DNA from: Acidobacteriota bacterium
GTDB taxonomy: Bacteria; Acidobacteriota; Terriglobia; Terriglobales; SCQP01
Reading direction: 5' to 3'
Assembly: GCA_021789895.1 (NCBI GenBank)
Contig: JAJYIU010000005.1
Location: 43,239 to 75,238, forward strand
DNA length: 32,000 nucleotides
Shown here: piece after piece, positions 6,681 to 16,643 of the stretch
Position numbering within the stretch: position 1 is the stretch's first letter
Layout of the letters: every line of letters starts with the position of its first letter
Notes under the pieces: generated by a model
Database searches by the model: none
Seen by the model: the letters and a program-made list of their open reading frames with translations, nothing else
What the model was told of the DNA's origin: nothing
Translations under genes and position numbers: made by a program

Positions 6681-8240
6681 CTACGGCTGCGGCGTCCCGA
6701 TGGCGGCGCCGCTGATGACCAGCTCCACCCGCCGGTTCTGCTGCCGCCCGGCGGCAGTTTCATTGCCGGCGATCGGGTTGGCCTCGCCGAAGCCCTGCGC
6801 CACAATGCTGTCCGGCGCCACTCCCTGCGCGGTCAGAAACGTCCGTACCGCATCGGCGCGCTCATGGGAAAGCTGCAGGTTATAGCCCGGAGTGCCAGTG
6901 TTATCGGTATAGCCGTTGACCGCCACTTGCAGCCCCGGATACGCGGCCAGCACCCCGGCTACCTTGGCCAGTTTGATCTTGGCCCCGGGCGTCATCATGT
7001 AGGAGTTGGTGGCAAACAGCACGTTGGGCATGTTCATGATCAGCCCCGCGGCGGTGTTGCGCGTGGCCAGAATGCGGTTCAGTTGATCTTCCAGCCGGGC
7101 GCGTTCCGCGGCCTGTTGCTGGGTTAGCGCCGACATCTGCTGGCGCGCCGCCTGCGCTTCCGCCTGGGCCTGGGCCGCCTGCGCCTGGGCCTGGGCGGTT
7201 TGTGCCTGTTCCGCCAGCGCCTGTTGCCGCGCCAGCGCCGCCTTTTCCCGGGCCTGGTTGGCTTCGGCCTGGGCCGCGATCGCGCCCGCTTCGGCCGCCG
7301 CCCCTCGGGCGCGCGCCCGCCGCGCCGCCGCCTTCGCCGCCAGCATGGCTTCCTGCTCTTGCCGGCGGTGCTCGATTCGCTGCCGCCGCAAGCTCAGAAT
7401 GCGCGCGTCTTCCGCCGTCTGCGCCGCCGCCCGCGCCATCATGGCGATCGGCTTGCGCCCGGCGTGCCGCTCCAAATACAACTGCGCCTGCTGGTATTTC
7501 CGCTGCGCCTGCGCCCACAAGCCGGGCGCGTATGCCGGCGCGCCGCTCCAGCGCGCGATGCGCAGCGCGTTTTGGGCTTCGTAGTAATCTAGCGGCACTT
7601 TCCTGGTCATCGCAAGCGCGGTCAATTCGCCCGCCGGAGCATTCCGCGTGTAATTGCTCTTCCGCAGCAGCAAGTAGCGCGCTTGCACCTGGCTGGCCTC
7701 GCCGGTAGTCGAAGGCCGCAGATGGTTTTCGAGCACCACGATGTTACTCGGCCGCGTCACCGCGAAATACGGCTCGGCGGTCACGATCAGGCCGAAGGCC
7801 TGCAGGTTCGTGGAAGTGTTGAGCTGCGCCTGGTGGTCTTTCAGCCCGACCTCGCCCAGGTTCACCGGACGCCCGGCGGGCGTGATCGCCCACAGTACAT
7901 AGGTGGTGTACGGGGGGCCGAATTTCGTCGCGGCCGTCATCTTCTTGAACCGCGCCTGAATGTGAGTGGCGCCGTTGCTCATTCGGATTTTGGCGTTCCC
8001 CTTGGCAAACGGCTCCAGCGGCGTGCCGCGAAAGTCGATCTTGGTTTTATCGCCGCGAACGCGGTAATTGACCGCTGTGATCGTGCGCGCCACCACTTCG
8101 ACGTGATATACCGGCACGTTGCCATGGTGGCTGACGGCGACCGGCGCTGACAGCGTGCCCGCCGGCTGCTGGGCGTACGCGGGCGCAACCCCCAGCCCCA
8201 GTAAACCCGCCCCGAGCAGTGCAACATATTTCATGCGCAC
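6681..8240 (-). CDS. OmpA-family protein with signal peptide and Ala/Gln-rich coiled-coil
   Basis: 519 aa. MRMKYVALLGAGLLGLGVAPAYAQ signal peptide; EAGAIAAQAEANQAREKAALARQQALAEQAQTAQAQAQAAQAQAEA coiled coil; C-terminal OmpA motif VAVNGYTDNTGTPGYNLQLSHERADAVRTFLTAQGV...GFGEANPIAGNETAAGRQQNRRVEL. Confidence 0.9.
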   Translation of the reverse strand: MRMKYVALLGAGLLGLGVAPAYAQQPAGTLSAPVAVSHHGNVPVYHVEVVARTITAVNYRVRGDKTKIDFRGTPLEPFAKGNAKIRMSNGATHIQARFKKMTAATKFGPPYTTYVLWAITPAGRPVNLGEVGLKDHQAQLNTSTNLQAFGLIVTAEPYFAVTRPSNIVVLENHLRPSTTGEASQVQARYLLLRKSNYTRNAPAGELTALAMTRKVPLDYYEAQNALRIARWSGAPAYAPGLWAQAQRKYQQAQLYLERHAGRKPIAMMARAAAQTAEDARILSLRRQRIEHRRQEQEAMLAAKAAARRARARGAAAEAGAIAAQAEANQAREKAALARQQALAEQAQTAQAQAQAAQAQAEAQAARQQMSALTQQQAAERARLEDQLNRILATRNTAAGLIMNMPNVLFATNSYMMTPGAKIKLAKVAGVLAAYPGLQVAVNGYTDNTGTPGYNLQLSHERADAVRTFLTAQGVAPDSIVAQGFGEANPIAGNETAAGRQQNRRVELVISGAAIGTPQP

Positions 8241-8420
8241 CTCCTCTCGCTTTGAGATGCTGCAAGGCCTGGGCCAAGTCTAGTAATCCCTTTATACATC
8301 AGCCATTTACGCCAAAACTGCCGTAGATGGAAGAAGCCGGTCGGGAAGGTATTTTCTGCCGGATGGAAAAGAGAAAACGGCCTGCATTTTTCTGCAGCCC
8401 GCCTGCCGAGTCTCGAGGAT

Positions 8421-9302
8421 TCAGAATCGCCGGGTGCCCGAAGTGTTCACAAATGTGCCGCTTGGCGTCTGGTGAGTGTCTTGATTGTTGGCCGCTGGAG
8501 CCAGCAGAAAATTTACAAAGCCGGCCTGGCGTATCTCCCAACCGCCCCATGCTTCCTTGATGGCCGCCTCCAGCGCCGCCGAGCAGCCGGGTTCCAGACG
8601 TTCGTGCAGCTCGATCAGCAGGGCGCGCGTCCGCCGCAGCCAGCCGCCCGCTTGCAGCACGCGGCGCTCCGCCCCTTCGATATCCATCTTCACCAGGTCC
8701 ACGGTTTCCCAGCCTAATTCGTCCAGCAACTCGGGAAGCGTGGCGGCTTGCACCTCCGGGCCGGCGCCGTCTTCACCCACCGTGGCGGCCCACGAAGCGG
8801 CGTGCGGGTCGCGAATACGAACCCGGCCCGGGCGGTCCCAAATTGCCAACTGGCGGCAGATGACGTTGGGCAGTTCGCCCACGTTATCCAGCAGCGCCTG
8901 GTAATTGGCGGGCGCCGGTTCGATCGCCACGATTTTCGCGCCCGGGTAGAGATCGGCAAGGAAGAAGGTGGCCAATCCGGTGCATGCGCCCAGATCGAGA
9001 ATTCGCCGCGCGTCCGCCAGCGGCGGATGCTGGTAATCCCGGCGCACAAAAACTTCCTCGAAAACGGCAAAATCGCTGCTGCGCGCGCGCAGATGCACCT
9101 GGCGTCCATTGGCCAGCGGCACGTTCCCGGTGCGGTGGCTGAGTTTCAGCAGTACGAAACTCCAGCGGGCGCGCCATCCCAAGCCGGCTCTCCGGCACGC
9201 CGCGAGAAGATTGGGAACTCGCCACAGACGGCGGGGCGCGCGGCGCAATCGCTGCCAGCGCGTTGCACGCGCATCTCCGGACGGTATGGAAGTTGTTTGC
9301 AA
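8421..9302 (-). CDS. FkbM family methyltransferase
   Basis: 293 aa, RRILDLGACTGLATFFLADLYPGAKIVAIEPAPANYQALLDNV...VDLVKMDIEGAERRVLQAGGWLRRTRALLIELHE is characteristic of FkbM-type SAM methyltransferases. Confidence 0.88.
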   Translation of the reverse strand: MQTTSIPSGDARATRWQRLRRAPRRLWRVPNLLAACRRAGLGWRARWSFVLLKLSHRTGNVPLANGRQVHLRARSSDFAVFEEVFVRRDYQHPPLADARRILDLGACTGLATFFLADLYPGAKIVAIEPAPANYQALLDNVGELPNVICRQLAIWDRPGRVRIRDPHAASWAATVGEDGAGPEVQAATLPELLDELGWETVDLVKMDIEGAERRVLQAGGWLRRTRALLIELHERLEPGCSAALEAAIKEAWGGWEIRQAGFVNFLLAPAANNQDTHQTPSGTFVNTSGTRRF

Positions 9303-9384
9303 ATGCCCGCCCCGGCTAGCTTAATCCGGTCGCCGGCAAAATAGAATGCCGGTAAACGAAAGCCGCTCCACGGGATGCGAAAAT

Positions 9385-9400
9385 AACGCCGCCGGCGGAG
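9385..9400 (-). terminator. Possible weak terminator downstream of tRNA-Ala
   Basis: GC-rich palindrome CCGCCGGCGG followed on the minus strand by CGTTATTTTCGC. Confidence 0.3.
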
Positions 9401-9431
9401 ATATCGAACTGGAATTTTAAAAGCGGAGGAT

Positions 9432-9507
9432 TGGTGGAGCTGGCGGGAGTCGAACCCGCGACCTCTTCAATGCCATTGAAGCGCGCTCCCAACTGCGCCA
9501 CAGCCCC
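9432..9507 (-). tRNA. tRNA-Ala (anticodon GGC), 76 nt including encoded CCA
   Basis: Reverse complement GGGGCTGTGGCGCAGTTGGGAGCGCGCTTCAATGGCATTGAAGAGGTCGCGGGTTCGACTCCCGCCAGCTCCACCA. The acceptor stem pairs (GGGGCTG/CAGCTCC), the anticodon stem is CTTCA/TGAAG with loop ATGGCAT, and the T-loop is GTTCGACTC. Confidence 0.97.
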
Positions 9508-9807
9508 ACTTGGATGGCAACTCACCTATTCTGACGGAAATCGCGCTCGGGCGCAATGCTGCCGGCGTTCGGTTTGCCCGCCGCGATCGCCTCCGCCGCG
9601 CACGTCTTGCGCCGCGCGCGGGGCCTGCTTTGCGGCGGCCGACTTCGGTATAATAGGCCGTGCCCTGGAGCCGAGGCCGCTCTCTTACCCCATCTCCTGT
9701 CCCGCACGGGAGCCCGGGCCATCGGCGTCTCCTTCGAATCCGTTTCCCATTCCCCCGCGTTTTCTGCCAACCTGCGCGCGCCCGGCCGCGGCCGGAGGAG
9801 GCGGCGA

Positions 9808-11472
9808 ATGAGCTGTAAATTTATCTTCATCACCGGCGGGGTGGTCTCCTCGCTGGGCAAGGGACTGGCGGCCGCTTCCATCGGCGCGCTGCTGGAAAGC
9901 CGCAAACTCAAAGTTTCGCTGCTCAAGCTGGATCCTTACCTCAACGTGGATCCCGGCACCATGAGTCCCTTCCAGCACGGCGAGGTCTTCGTCACCGACG
10001 ACGGCGCCGAAACCGATCTCGATCTCGGCCATTACGAACGCTTCACCCACGCCAAGCTGACCCGCGCCAACAATCTCACCGCCGGCCGCGTTTATGAACA
10101 GATTCTGGCCAAGGAGCGGCGCGGCGATTACCTCGGCAAGACCGTCCAGGTGATTCCGCACGTCACCGATGAAATCAAAGCCGCCATCCGCAAGGTCACC
10201 GAGGACGTGGACATCGCCATTGTCGAGATTGGCGGCACTGTCGGCGACATTGAATCGCTCCCTTTCCTCGAAGCCATCCGCCAGTTGCGCCAGGAAGTCG
10301 GCCGCGAAAACGCCATCTTCGTGCACGCCACCCTGGTGCCCTACATCGCCACCGCCGGCGAGCTGAAAACCAAGCCCACCCAGCATTCCGTCCGCGAGCT
10401 GCGCGAGATCGGCATCCAGGCCGATATCCTGCTGGCGCGCAGCGACCGCGAATTGAGCCGGGACCTGAAATCCAAAATCGCGCTCTTCTGCAACGTCGCC
10501 GAAGACGCGGTCATCACCGCGCGCGACGCCGAGAGCATCTATGAGGTCCCGCTGCTGTTCGCGCGCCAGTCGCTGGATGAGTTGATTTTGCGCTACCTGC
10601 ACCTCCAGGCCCCGGCGCGCGACCTCGCCGCCTGGGAAAGCCTGATCTGGCGCATGCGCCATCCCCAGGGCGAAGTGGCCATCGGCGTCGTCGGCAAATA
10701 TATCGAGTACGAAGACTCCTATAAGAGCCTCAAGGAAGCGCTGGTGCACGGCGCCCTGGCGCATTCGCTGCGCCTGCGCCTGGAGTGGATCGAGGCCGAA
10801 GACATCCAGCCCGCCTCCGCCGCCGCCCGCCTCGCCGGCGTGGATGGCGTGCTGGTTCCCGGCGGCTTCGGCAAGCGCGGCATTGCCGGCATGCTGCATG
10901 CCATCACCCATGCCCGCACCCGCGGCGTTCCTTATTTCGGCATCTGCCTGGGTATGCAGTGCGCCGTCATCGAGTTCGCCCGCAACGCCTGCGGCCTGGC
11001 CGACGCCGACAGCTCCGAATTCAATCCCGCCACCCCGCACCGCGTCATCTACAAATTGCGCGAGCTGCGCGGGGTCGAGGAAATGGGCGGCACCATGCGC
11101 CTCGGCGCCTGGCCCTGCCGGCTCCAGTCCGGCTCGCTGGCGGCGCTGGCCTACGGCGGCACTGAAATCAGCGAGCGCCACCGCCATCGCTACGAGTACA
11201 ACCGCGAATACGAACCCCTGCTCACCGGCGCCGGCCTGAAAATCACCGGCTCCAGCCCCGACCAGACCTACGTCGAAGTGGTCGAGCTCGAGGGCCATCC
11301 CTGGTTCCTCGGCTGCCAATTCCATCCCGAGTTCAAATCCCGCAGCCTGGAACCTCACCCCTTGTTCCGCGATTTCGTCGGCGCCGCGCATGCCTGGCGC
11401 CGCGCCCATCGCCCCGCCGCCGCTGCCAATGCTCTGCCGCCGCACGCCGCCGTGCTGGCCAGAGAACCCTGA
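9808..11472 (+). CDS. pyrG: CTP synthase
   Basis: [79 protein letters not shown]...; C-terminal glutaminase [19 protein letters not shown]. Start reassigned from 9556 to ATG 9808 after GGAGGAGG. Confidence 0.97.
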   Translation: MSCKFIFITGGVVSSLGKGLAAASIGALLESRKLKVSLLKLDPYLNVDPGTMSPFQHGEVFVTDDGAETDLDLGHYERFTHAKLTRANNLTAGRVYEQILAKERRGDYLGKTVQVIPHVTDEIKAAIRKVTEDVDIAIVEIGGTVGDIESLPFLEAIRQLRQEVGRENAIFVHATLVPYIATAGELKTKPTQHSVRELREIGIQADILLARSDRELSRDLKSKIALFCNVAEDAVITARDAESIYEVPLLFARQSLDELILRYLHLQAPARDLAAWESLIWRMRHPQGEVAIGVVGKYIEYEDSYKSLKEALVHGALAHSLRLRLEWIEAEDIQPASAAARLAGVDGVLVPGGFGKRGIAGMLHAITHARTRGVPYFGICLGMQCAVIEFARNACGLADADSSEFNPATPHRVIYKLRELRGVEEMGGTMRLGAWPCRLQSGSLAALAYGGTEISERHRHRYEYNREYEPLLTGAGLKITGSSPDQTYVEVVELEGHPWFLGCQFHPEFKSRSLEPHPLFRDFVGAAHAWRRAHRPAAAANALPPHAAVLAREP

Positions 11473-11478
11473 AGCCGC

Positions 11479-12315
11479 ATGCCGACCGCCGTTGCGCCCG
11501 CCGCCAACTTTGCCGTCGCCGGCCTCGAATTAGGCCGCCCGGCGCCGCTCTTCCTCATCGCCGGCCCCTGCGTCATCGAAAGCCAGGAGCATGCCCTCAT
11601 GCTCGCCGGCGAACTCAGCCGCCAGGCTCAGGCCGCCGCCATTCCCTTCATCTTCAAAGCCTCCTTCGACAAGGCCAACCGCAGCAGCCCGCGCGGCTTT
11701 CGCGGACCCGGCATGCGCGATGGATTGCGCGTGCTCACCCGCGTCAAGGCGGAATTCGCCTTGCCCATCCTCACCGATATACATCTCCCCGAGCAGGCAT
11801 CGCCGGTGGCCGAAGTCGCCGACATCCTCCAAATCCCCGCTTTCCTCTGCCGCCAGACCGACCTGCTCGCCGCCGCCGCCCGCACCGCCCGCCCAGTGAA
11901 CCTGAAAAAAGGACAGTTCCTCGCCCCCTGGGACATGCGCGGCGCGGTCGAAAAGCTCCTGGCCGAAGGCAATAACCGCATGCTGCTGACCGAACGCGGC
12001 TCCAGCTTCGGCTACAACAATCTCGTGGTGGATTTCCGCTCCTTCGCGCTGCTGCGCGAACTCGGCGCCCCGGTCGTCTTCGACGTGACCCACAGCCTGC
12101 AATTGCCCGGCGCCGCCGGCGACCATAGCGGCGGTCAGCCCCAATTCATCGAATTGCTCGCCCGCGCCGCCGTCGCCGCCGGCGTGGATGGATTGTTTAT
12201 GGAAGTTCATGAACAACCCGAACGCGCCCTCTCCGATGGCGCCAATGCCCTGCCGCTGGCGCGTTTTTCCAGCTTGTTGAAAGACCTCCAGCGCCTCCAA
12301 ACCGCCCTGCGCTGA
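11479..12315 (+). CDS. kdsA: 3-deoxy-8-phosphooctulonate synthase (KDO-8-P synthase)
   Basis: 278 aa, LFLIAGPCVIESQEHALMLAGELSRQAQ...FIFKASFDKANRSSPRGFRGPGM...LPILTDIHLPEQASPVAEVADILQIPAFLCRQTDLL. Confidence 0.95.
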   Translation: MPTAVAPAANFAVAGLELGRPAPLFLIAGPCVIESQEHALMLAGELSRQAQAAAIPFIFKASFDKANRSSPRGFRGPGMRDGLRVLTRVKAEFALPILTDIHLPEQASPVAEVADILQIPAFLCRQTDLLAAAARTARPVNLKKGQFLAPWDMRGAVEKLLAEGNNRMLLTERGSSFGYNNLVVDFRSFALLRELGAPVVFDVTHSLQLPGAAGDHSGGQPQFIELLARAAVAAGVDGLFMEVHEQPERALSDGANALPLARFSSLLKDLQRLQTALR

Positions 12316-12450
12316 TTCTTCCACTCGAATAGTAAAACTCCGAATATGCAACGACTTACATGCTTGCATGCAATGCTTTACATTGACTTGACTTGAACTT
12401 GGCTTTTGCCTCCGGCATCGAATGACTATAGACGCATCCGCCGCTACACC

Positions 12451-12485
12451 ACGGAGCGTAAAATTGCACTACGGAGCATAAAATT
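12451..12485 (+). repeat. Imperfect direct repeat, 15 nt at 20-nt period, abutting the M48 protease start codon
   Basis: ACGGAGCGTAAAATT (12451-12465) and ACGGAGCATAAAATT (12471-12485), 14/15 identical; ATG at 12486. Confidence 0.85.
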
Positions 12486-14066
12486 ATGGGAGGCTATTTA
12501 GGATCAAATTTCATGCTGCGATTTCGATCTGCCATCCTTTGTCTGGGCTGCAGCGGTTTGCTGGCAATGTACGGCTGTACCCCCGCCGGCGCGGCGCCCG
12601 GGCCGCCTACTGCTCAAGCCAGCCAGATCGGCCTGAGCGGCCCCACCCTGCCCAACCCCGGTAATCCCGGCATCAATCGCCAACAGCAGATTCAAGCCGG
12701 GGTAAAGGCCGCGCAGCAGGTATACCAGCAGATGCCGATCCTGCCCGCCGGCAACCCGGTCTCGCAGTATGTAAGCCAACTTGGCGCGCGGTTGGTCGCG
12801 CAAATTCCATCGCAATACTCCTGGCCCTACCAATTCCATGTAGTGGCGCAGAAAGAAATCAACGCCTTTGCGCTGCCCGGCGGCCAGGTCTTCATCAACC
12901 TGGGCGCGATTAACGCCGCCTCGAATACCGCCGAACTGGCCGGCGTTATGGCGCACGAGATGTCGCACGTGTATCTGCAGCATTCCGCCAAAATGGCTGT
13001 CCAGGCGCAGCGCACCCAGGGTCTCGCCGCCGTCGGCGCCGGCATTCTGGGCGCCATTCTCGGCAACGGCGCCGCCGGCCAAATCGCCACCACGGCGATT
13101 GGCGTCGGCGCCAATCTCTACGAGTTGAAGTATTCCCGCGAGGACGAAGCCCAGGCTGACGCCACCGGCGCGATCATCATGTACAAGGCCGGTTACGATC
13201 CCCGCGCCATGGCGCAGTTCTTCCAGAAACTGGAAAGCCAGGGTGGCCCGGGCGCGCCCCAGTTCCTCAGCGACCATCCCAATCCCGGCAACCGAGTCGC
13301 CTCGGTGGATCGCGAAATCGCCAACTGGCCGCCGGAGAATTATCGCAGCGACAACCGGCAGTTTCTGGCGGCCCGCAGTCAGTCCCAGCATTTGCAAGCC
13401 TACACCGCACAGCAGATTGCGGCCAACGCGAAATCCGGCTACTGGGGGCGCTTGAACCAAAAAAACGGCGCCGTCTTCTCGTATCAGCCGATCGGCTCCA
13501 ACGCCTCCTCCTCCGTTCCGGCCGGCAATGCCGCTCCCGCCGCCGCCACTCCCACGGCTTTGTCCCATGTCTCTTATCGCCAGGTCCGGCCCAGCAGCCG
13601 GATGCAGCCATTGCAGAACAGCGTGTTTAGCCTCAATTACCCCGCCAACTGGCAGGCTGCCACCGACCCGAATACCGGCGCGGCTACACTGGCCCCGCCC
13701 GCGGGCACGGCGGGCAGCACCGTGGCTTATGGCGTGGTCATCGGCGGCAGCGACGGCAATTCCACTTCGCTGTCGCAATCCACGCAGGCGCTGGTCCAGT
13801 CGCTGGAACAATCCAACGCCGGCATGAGTGCCCTCTCCAATCCCTCGCCGGTTTCCGTCTCCGGCATGGCGGGTGAATCGGTCATGCTGCGCAGCCAATC
13901 GCCGGTGATGAAGAATGGACGCCCGGTAGCCGAGCGCGACTGGCTGGTCACGGTGCCTCGCCCCGCGGGCGGGTTGCTTTATCTGATCTTCATCGCGCCG
14001 GAATCGAATTTTGGCAAGCTGCGGCCGACGTATCAGGCCATGCTGCGCAGCCTGCAAGTGCGCTAG
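12486..14066 (+). CDS. M48 family metalloprotease, predicted lipoprotein
   Basis: 526 aa; start may instead be ATG 12513. LLAMYGCTP lipobox, ELAGVMAHEMSHVYLQHSAKM (HExxH), SREDEAQADATGAIIMYKAGYDPRAMAQFFQKLE, SDHPNPGNRVA. Confidence 0.9.
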   Translation: MGGYLGSNFMLRFRSAILCLGCSGLLAMYGCTPAGAAPGPPTAQASQIGLSGPTLPNPGNPGINRQQQIQAGVKAAQQVYQQMPILPAGNPVSQYVSQLGARLVAQIPSQYSWPYQFHVVAQKEINAFALPGGQVFINLGAINAASNTAELAGVMAHEMSHVYLQHSAKMAVQAQRTQGLAAVGAGILGAILGNGAAGQIATTAIGVGANLYELKYSREDEAQADATGAIIMYKAGYDPRAMAQFFQKLESQGGPGAPQFLSDHPNPGNRVASVDREIANWPPENYRSDNRQFLAARSQSQHLQAYTAQQIAANAKSGYWGRLNQKNGAVFSYQPIGSNASSSVPAGNAAPAAATPTALSHVSYRQVRPSSRMQPLQNSVFSLNYPANWQAATDPNTGAATLAPPAGTAGSTVAYGVVIGGSDGNSTSLSQSTQALVQSLEQSNAGMSALSNPSPVSVSGMAGESVMLRSQSPVMKNGRPVAERDWLVTVPRPAGGLLYLIFIAPESNFGKLRPTYQAMLRSLQVR

Positions 14067-14075
14067 GCCGGGCCG

Positions 14076-15182
14076 CTATCCGGTCTGCTGGCTGATGCTC
14101 AGCAATAGGCCGATCGCCGCCAGCGTAAACCAGAGCGATGAGCCGCCGTAGCTGATGAATGGCAGCGGGATGCCTTTATTCGGCAACAGCGAGGTGGCCA
14201 CGCTCATGTTGATCAGCGCCTGCGCCAGCACCAGCGTGGTGATCCCCACTGCGAGCTGGCGCCCGAAAATCTCGGGAGCGCGCCGCGCCAGTCGCAGCCC
14301 GCGGCTCAGCACGATGACAAACGCCAGCAGCACCAGCGTCGCGCCCGCCAGCCCCCATTCCTCGCCAATGATGGAAAAAATGAAGTCCGTATGCGGATCC
14401 GGCAGAAAAAAAAGCTTTTGCCTGCCGTTCATGTATCCCAGCCCGGTGAACCCGCCGGTGCCAATGGCGATCAGCGATTGCACGATCTGGAAGCCGTAAC
14501 TGCGGGCATGGGCCCAGGGATGGAGAAAGGCGAGGATGCGGTCGCGCCGGTAGGCGATGTGGAACACCTGCCAGTACAGGACCGGCAGGCTCGCGGTCAA
14601 GGCGGCGGCAAAAAAGCGCAGCCGCAGGCCGGCGGCGTACAGCATCGCGGCGGCTGTCAGCGTCAGCGCCAACGGCGTGCCCAGGTCGCGCTCGAACAGC
14701 ACCAGCAGCACGATCGGCCCCGCCACCGCCGCCGCCTGGCGCAGCCCGTAATAGCCATCGCGCCAGCCGTGCAGCTTGTCCAGCCCCGGATGCCGGTCCA
14801 GCCAGAAGGCGAGAAACAGGATCAGCACCAGCTTGGCCAATTCGGAAGGCTCGAACGACAACCCGCGCCAGTAAATCCACCGGTGCGTATGCGCCCGCTC
14901 CGGCAGGGCCAGCGCCAGCGCCAGCAGCAGCAGGGTGATGCAGACGGCTGGATAAACCACCAGCGGCGAGCGCAGCCGGCGGTAATCCAGCCGCAGCGCG
15001 CCCAGCAGCGTTAGCAGTCCGCCGGCGGCATAGAGCAACTGCCGCAGCAAGTAATGATAGGGGGTCTGATAGTGTTCCAGCGAAAGCATCGCCGAGGCGG
15101 AAAACACCATCGCCAGCCCGACGATAACCAGGAACAGCGTGGCGCCCAGCAGGTAACGGTCGTATTGCAGCCGTTTGGCCAT
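14076..15182 (-). CDS. ftsW: FtsW/RodA/SpoVE family peptidoglycan polymerase
   Basis: 368 aa, multi-pass: LVIVGLAMVFSASAM, RGLSFEPSELAKLVLILFLAFWLD, HTDFIFSIIGEEWGLAGATLVLLAF, LPNKGIPLPFISYGGSSLW. Located next to murD and mraY. Confidence 0.92.
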   Translation of the reverse strand: MAKRLQYDRYLLGATLFLVIVGLAMVFSASAMLSLEHYQTPYHYLLRQLLYAAGGLLTLLGALRLDYRRLRSPLVVYPAVCITLLLLALALALPERAHTHRWIYWRGLSFEPSELAKLVLILFLAFWLDRHPGLDKLHGWRDGYYGLRQAAAVAGPIVLLVLFERDLGTPLALTLTAAAMLYAAGLRLRFFAAALTASLPVLYWQVFHIAYRRDRILAFLHPWAHARSYGFQIVQSLIAIGTGGFTGLGYMNGRQKLFFLPDPHTDFIFSIIGEEWGLAGATLVLLAFVIVLSRGLRLARRAPEIFGRQLAVGITTLVLAQALINMSVATSLLPNKGIPLPFISYGGSSLWFTLAAIGLLLSISQQTG

Positions 15183-15197
15183 GGTGCCGGCGGCGCG

Positions 15198-16631
15198 TTA
15201 GCGCGCGCCCGATTCCGCCTCGGCCGCCAGCAGGCGCGCCACCTGGGTCTTGAATTCCCGGCCGCGGTGCTCGTAATTTTCGAACTGGTCGAAGCTGGCG
15301 CAGGCGGGCGCCAGCAGCACGGTCTCGCCCGGTCGCGCTTCGGCGGCGGCGATCTCCAGCGCCTGTGCCAGCGTCCCGGCCATGCGCGGTGTCAGGCCGG
15401 CGGGCTCGAGGTGCGCCGCGATTTTTTCCGCCGCCGCCCCGATCAGCAGCACCCCCCGGGCGCGTTCCCGCAGCGGCGCCGCCAGCGGCGCATAATCGCT
15501 GTTCTTGTCTTTGCCGCCGAGAATCACCCACAGCCCGCCCTCGAACGCTTCCAGCGCCTTTAGCGTGGCGTCCACATTCGTGGCTTTCGAATCGTTGTAA
15601 TAATCCACTCCCCGGATGCGGGCCACGAATTCCAGCCGGTGCTCGACCGCCTTGAAGCTGGCCACTCCCTGCGCCAGCGCCGCCCGCCGCGCCGCCCCGC
15701 CTTGCTCCGGCGGCAGCAGCGCGCTGGCTGCGGCCAGCGCCGCCAGCGCGTTTTCCAGATTGTGCTTTCCTTTCAGCCGCAGCTCGCCGGCCTGCATTAA
15801 TTCCACCTCCGGCGCTCCCGCCCGCGGCCGCCAGACGATGGTGTCGCCGCGCAGGCTGACCCCGGCCTCGACCTCGGCGCCGGAGGCGTCGAACCACAGC
15901 ACGCGGCTGTTGATCTCGCCCGCGTAGGCGCGGCAGTAGGCGTCGCGGGCGTTGAGCACCGCCCAATCCTCGCCCATCTGCCGCAGGAAGATGCGCCGCT
16001 TCGCGGCCACATAATTTTCCATCGTGCCGTGGCGGTCCAGATGATCCGGAGTGAGATTGAGCACCACCGCGACCTGGGGATGAAATCCCCGGTCGGTGGT
16101 TTCCAATTGAAAACTCGACAGCTCGGCCACCGCGATCGTGTCGGGCCTGGAGCGCTCGACCATGTCAATCAACGGCGCGCCGATGTTGCCCCCCACCAGC
16201 ACTTCCTCGCCCAGGGTCGCCAGCAGGTGGCCGGTCAGGCTGGTGGTGGTGGTCTTGCCGTTCGAGCCGGTAATCGCGATCAGCCGCCCTTCGAGATAGC
16301 GCGCCGCCAGTTCGATCTCGCCCCAGACCGGAATCTGCTGCGCCCGCGCATCGGCCAGCAGCGGCAGGTCGGAAGGCACTCCGGGCGAAACGATGATGAA
16401 ATCCGAATCCAGGAACGTGCGCTTGCGGTGGCCGCCGGTTTCGATCGCCGCCCCGGCGGCCAGCAGGCGCTCGATTTCCGGCCTCAATTGCTGCGCCGGG
16501 CGCAGGTCGCTGACGATTACCCGCGCCCCCTGGCGCCGCAGAAACAGCGCCGCCGCCAGCCCGCTGCGCGCCATCCCCACCACCAGCGCTTGTTTGCCTG
16601 CCAGCTCCTCACGCATCGCCTGCTTGGCCAT
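15198..16631 (-). CDS. murD: UDP-N-acetylmuramoylalanine--D-glutamate ligase
   Basis: 477 aa, LVVGMARSGLAAALFLRRQGARVIVSD, ITGSNGKTTTTSLTGHLLA, LNLTPDHLDRHGTMENYVAAKRRIF, NDSKATNVDATLKALEAF. Confidence 0.96.
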   Translation of the reverse strand: MAKQAMREELAGKQALVVGMARSGLAAALFLRRQGARVIVSDLRPAQQLRPEIERLLAAGAAIETGGHRKRTFLDSDFIIVSPGVPSDLPLLADARAQQIPVWGEIELAARYLEGRLIAITGSNGKTTTTSLTGHLLATLGEEVLVGGNIGAPLIDMVERSRPDTIAVAELSSFQLETTDRGFHPQVAVVLNLTPDHLDRHGTMENYVAAKRRIFLRQMGEDWAVLNARDAYCRAYAGEINSRVLWFDASGAEVEAGVSLRGDTIVWRPRAGAPEVELMQAGELRLKGKHNLENALAALAAASALLPPEQGGAARRAALAQGVASFKAVEHRLEFVARIRGVDYYNDSKATNVDATLKALEAFEGGLWVILGGKDKNSDYAPLAAPLRERARGVLLIGAAAEKIAAHLEPAGLTPRMAGTLAQALEIAAAEARPGETVLLAPACASFDQFENYEHRGREFKTQVARLLAAEAESGAR

Positions 16632-16643
16632 TGCAAGCGCTCC

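Noticed and set aside
7160-7210. Hexamer-like GCCTGG repeats
   Set aside because: They encode the Ala/Gln coiled-coil (QAQAQAA) of the OmpA-family protein, so they are explained by protein composition.
9431-9811. ORF MVELAGVEPATSSMPLKRAPNCATAPLG...
   Set aside because: Its start is the antisense reading of tRNA-Ala (9432-9507), a well-known annotation artefact; the remainder is low-complexity GC-rich sequence.
9685-11445. 586-aa minus-strand ORF
   Set aside because: Shadow ORF fully antisense to the clearly assigned pyrG.
12504-14057. 517-aa minus-strand ORF
   Set aside because: Antisense shadow of the M48 protease gene.
14176-15966. 596-aa minus-strand ORF (also the shorter 16828..17649)
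   Set aside because: Alternative-frame shadows of ftsW/murD and mraY with Arg/Ala/Gly-rich composition.
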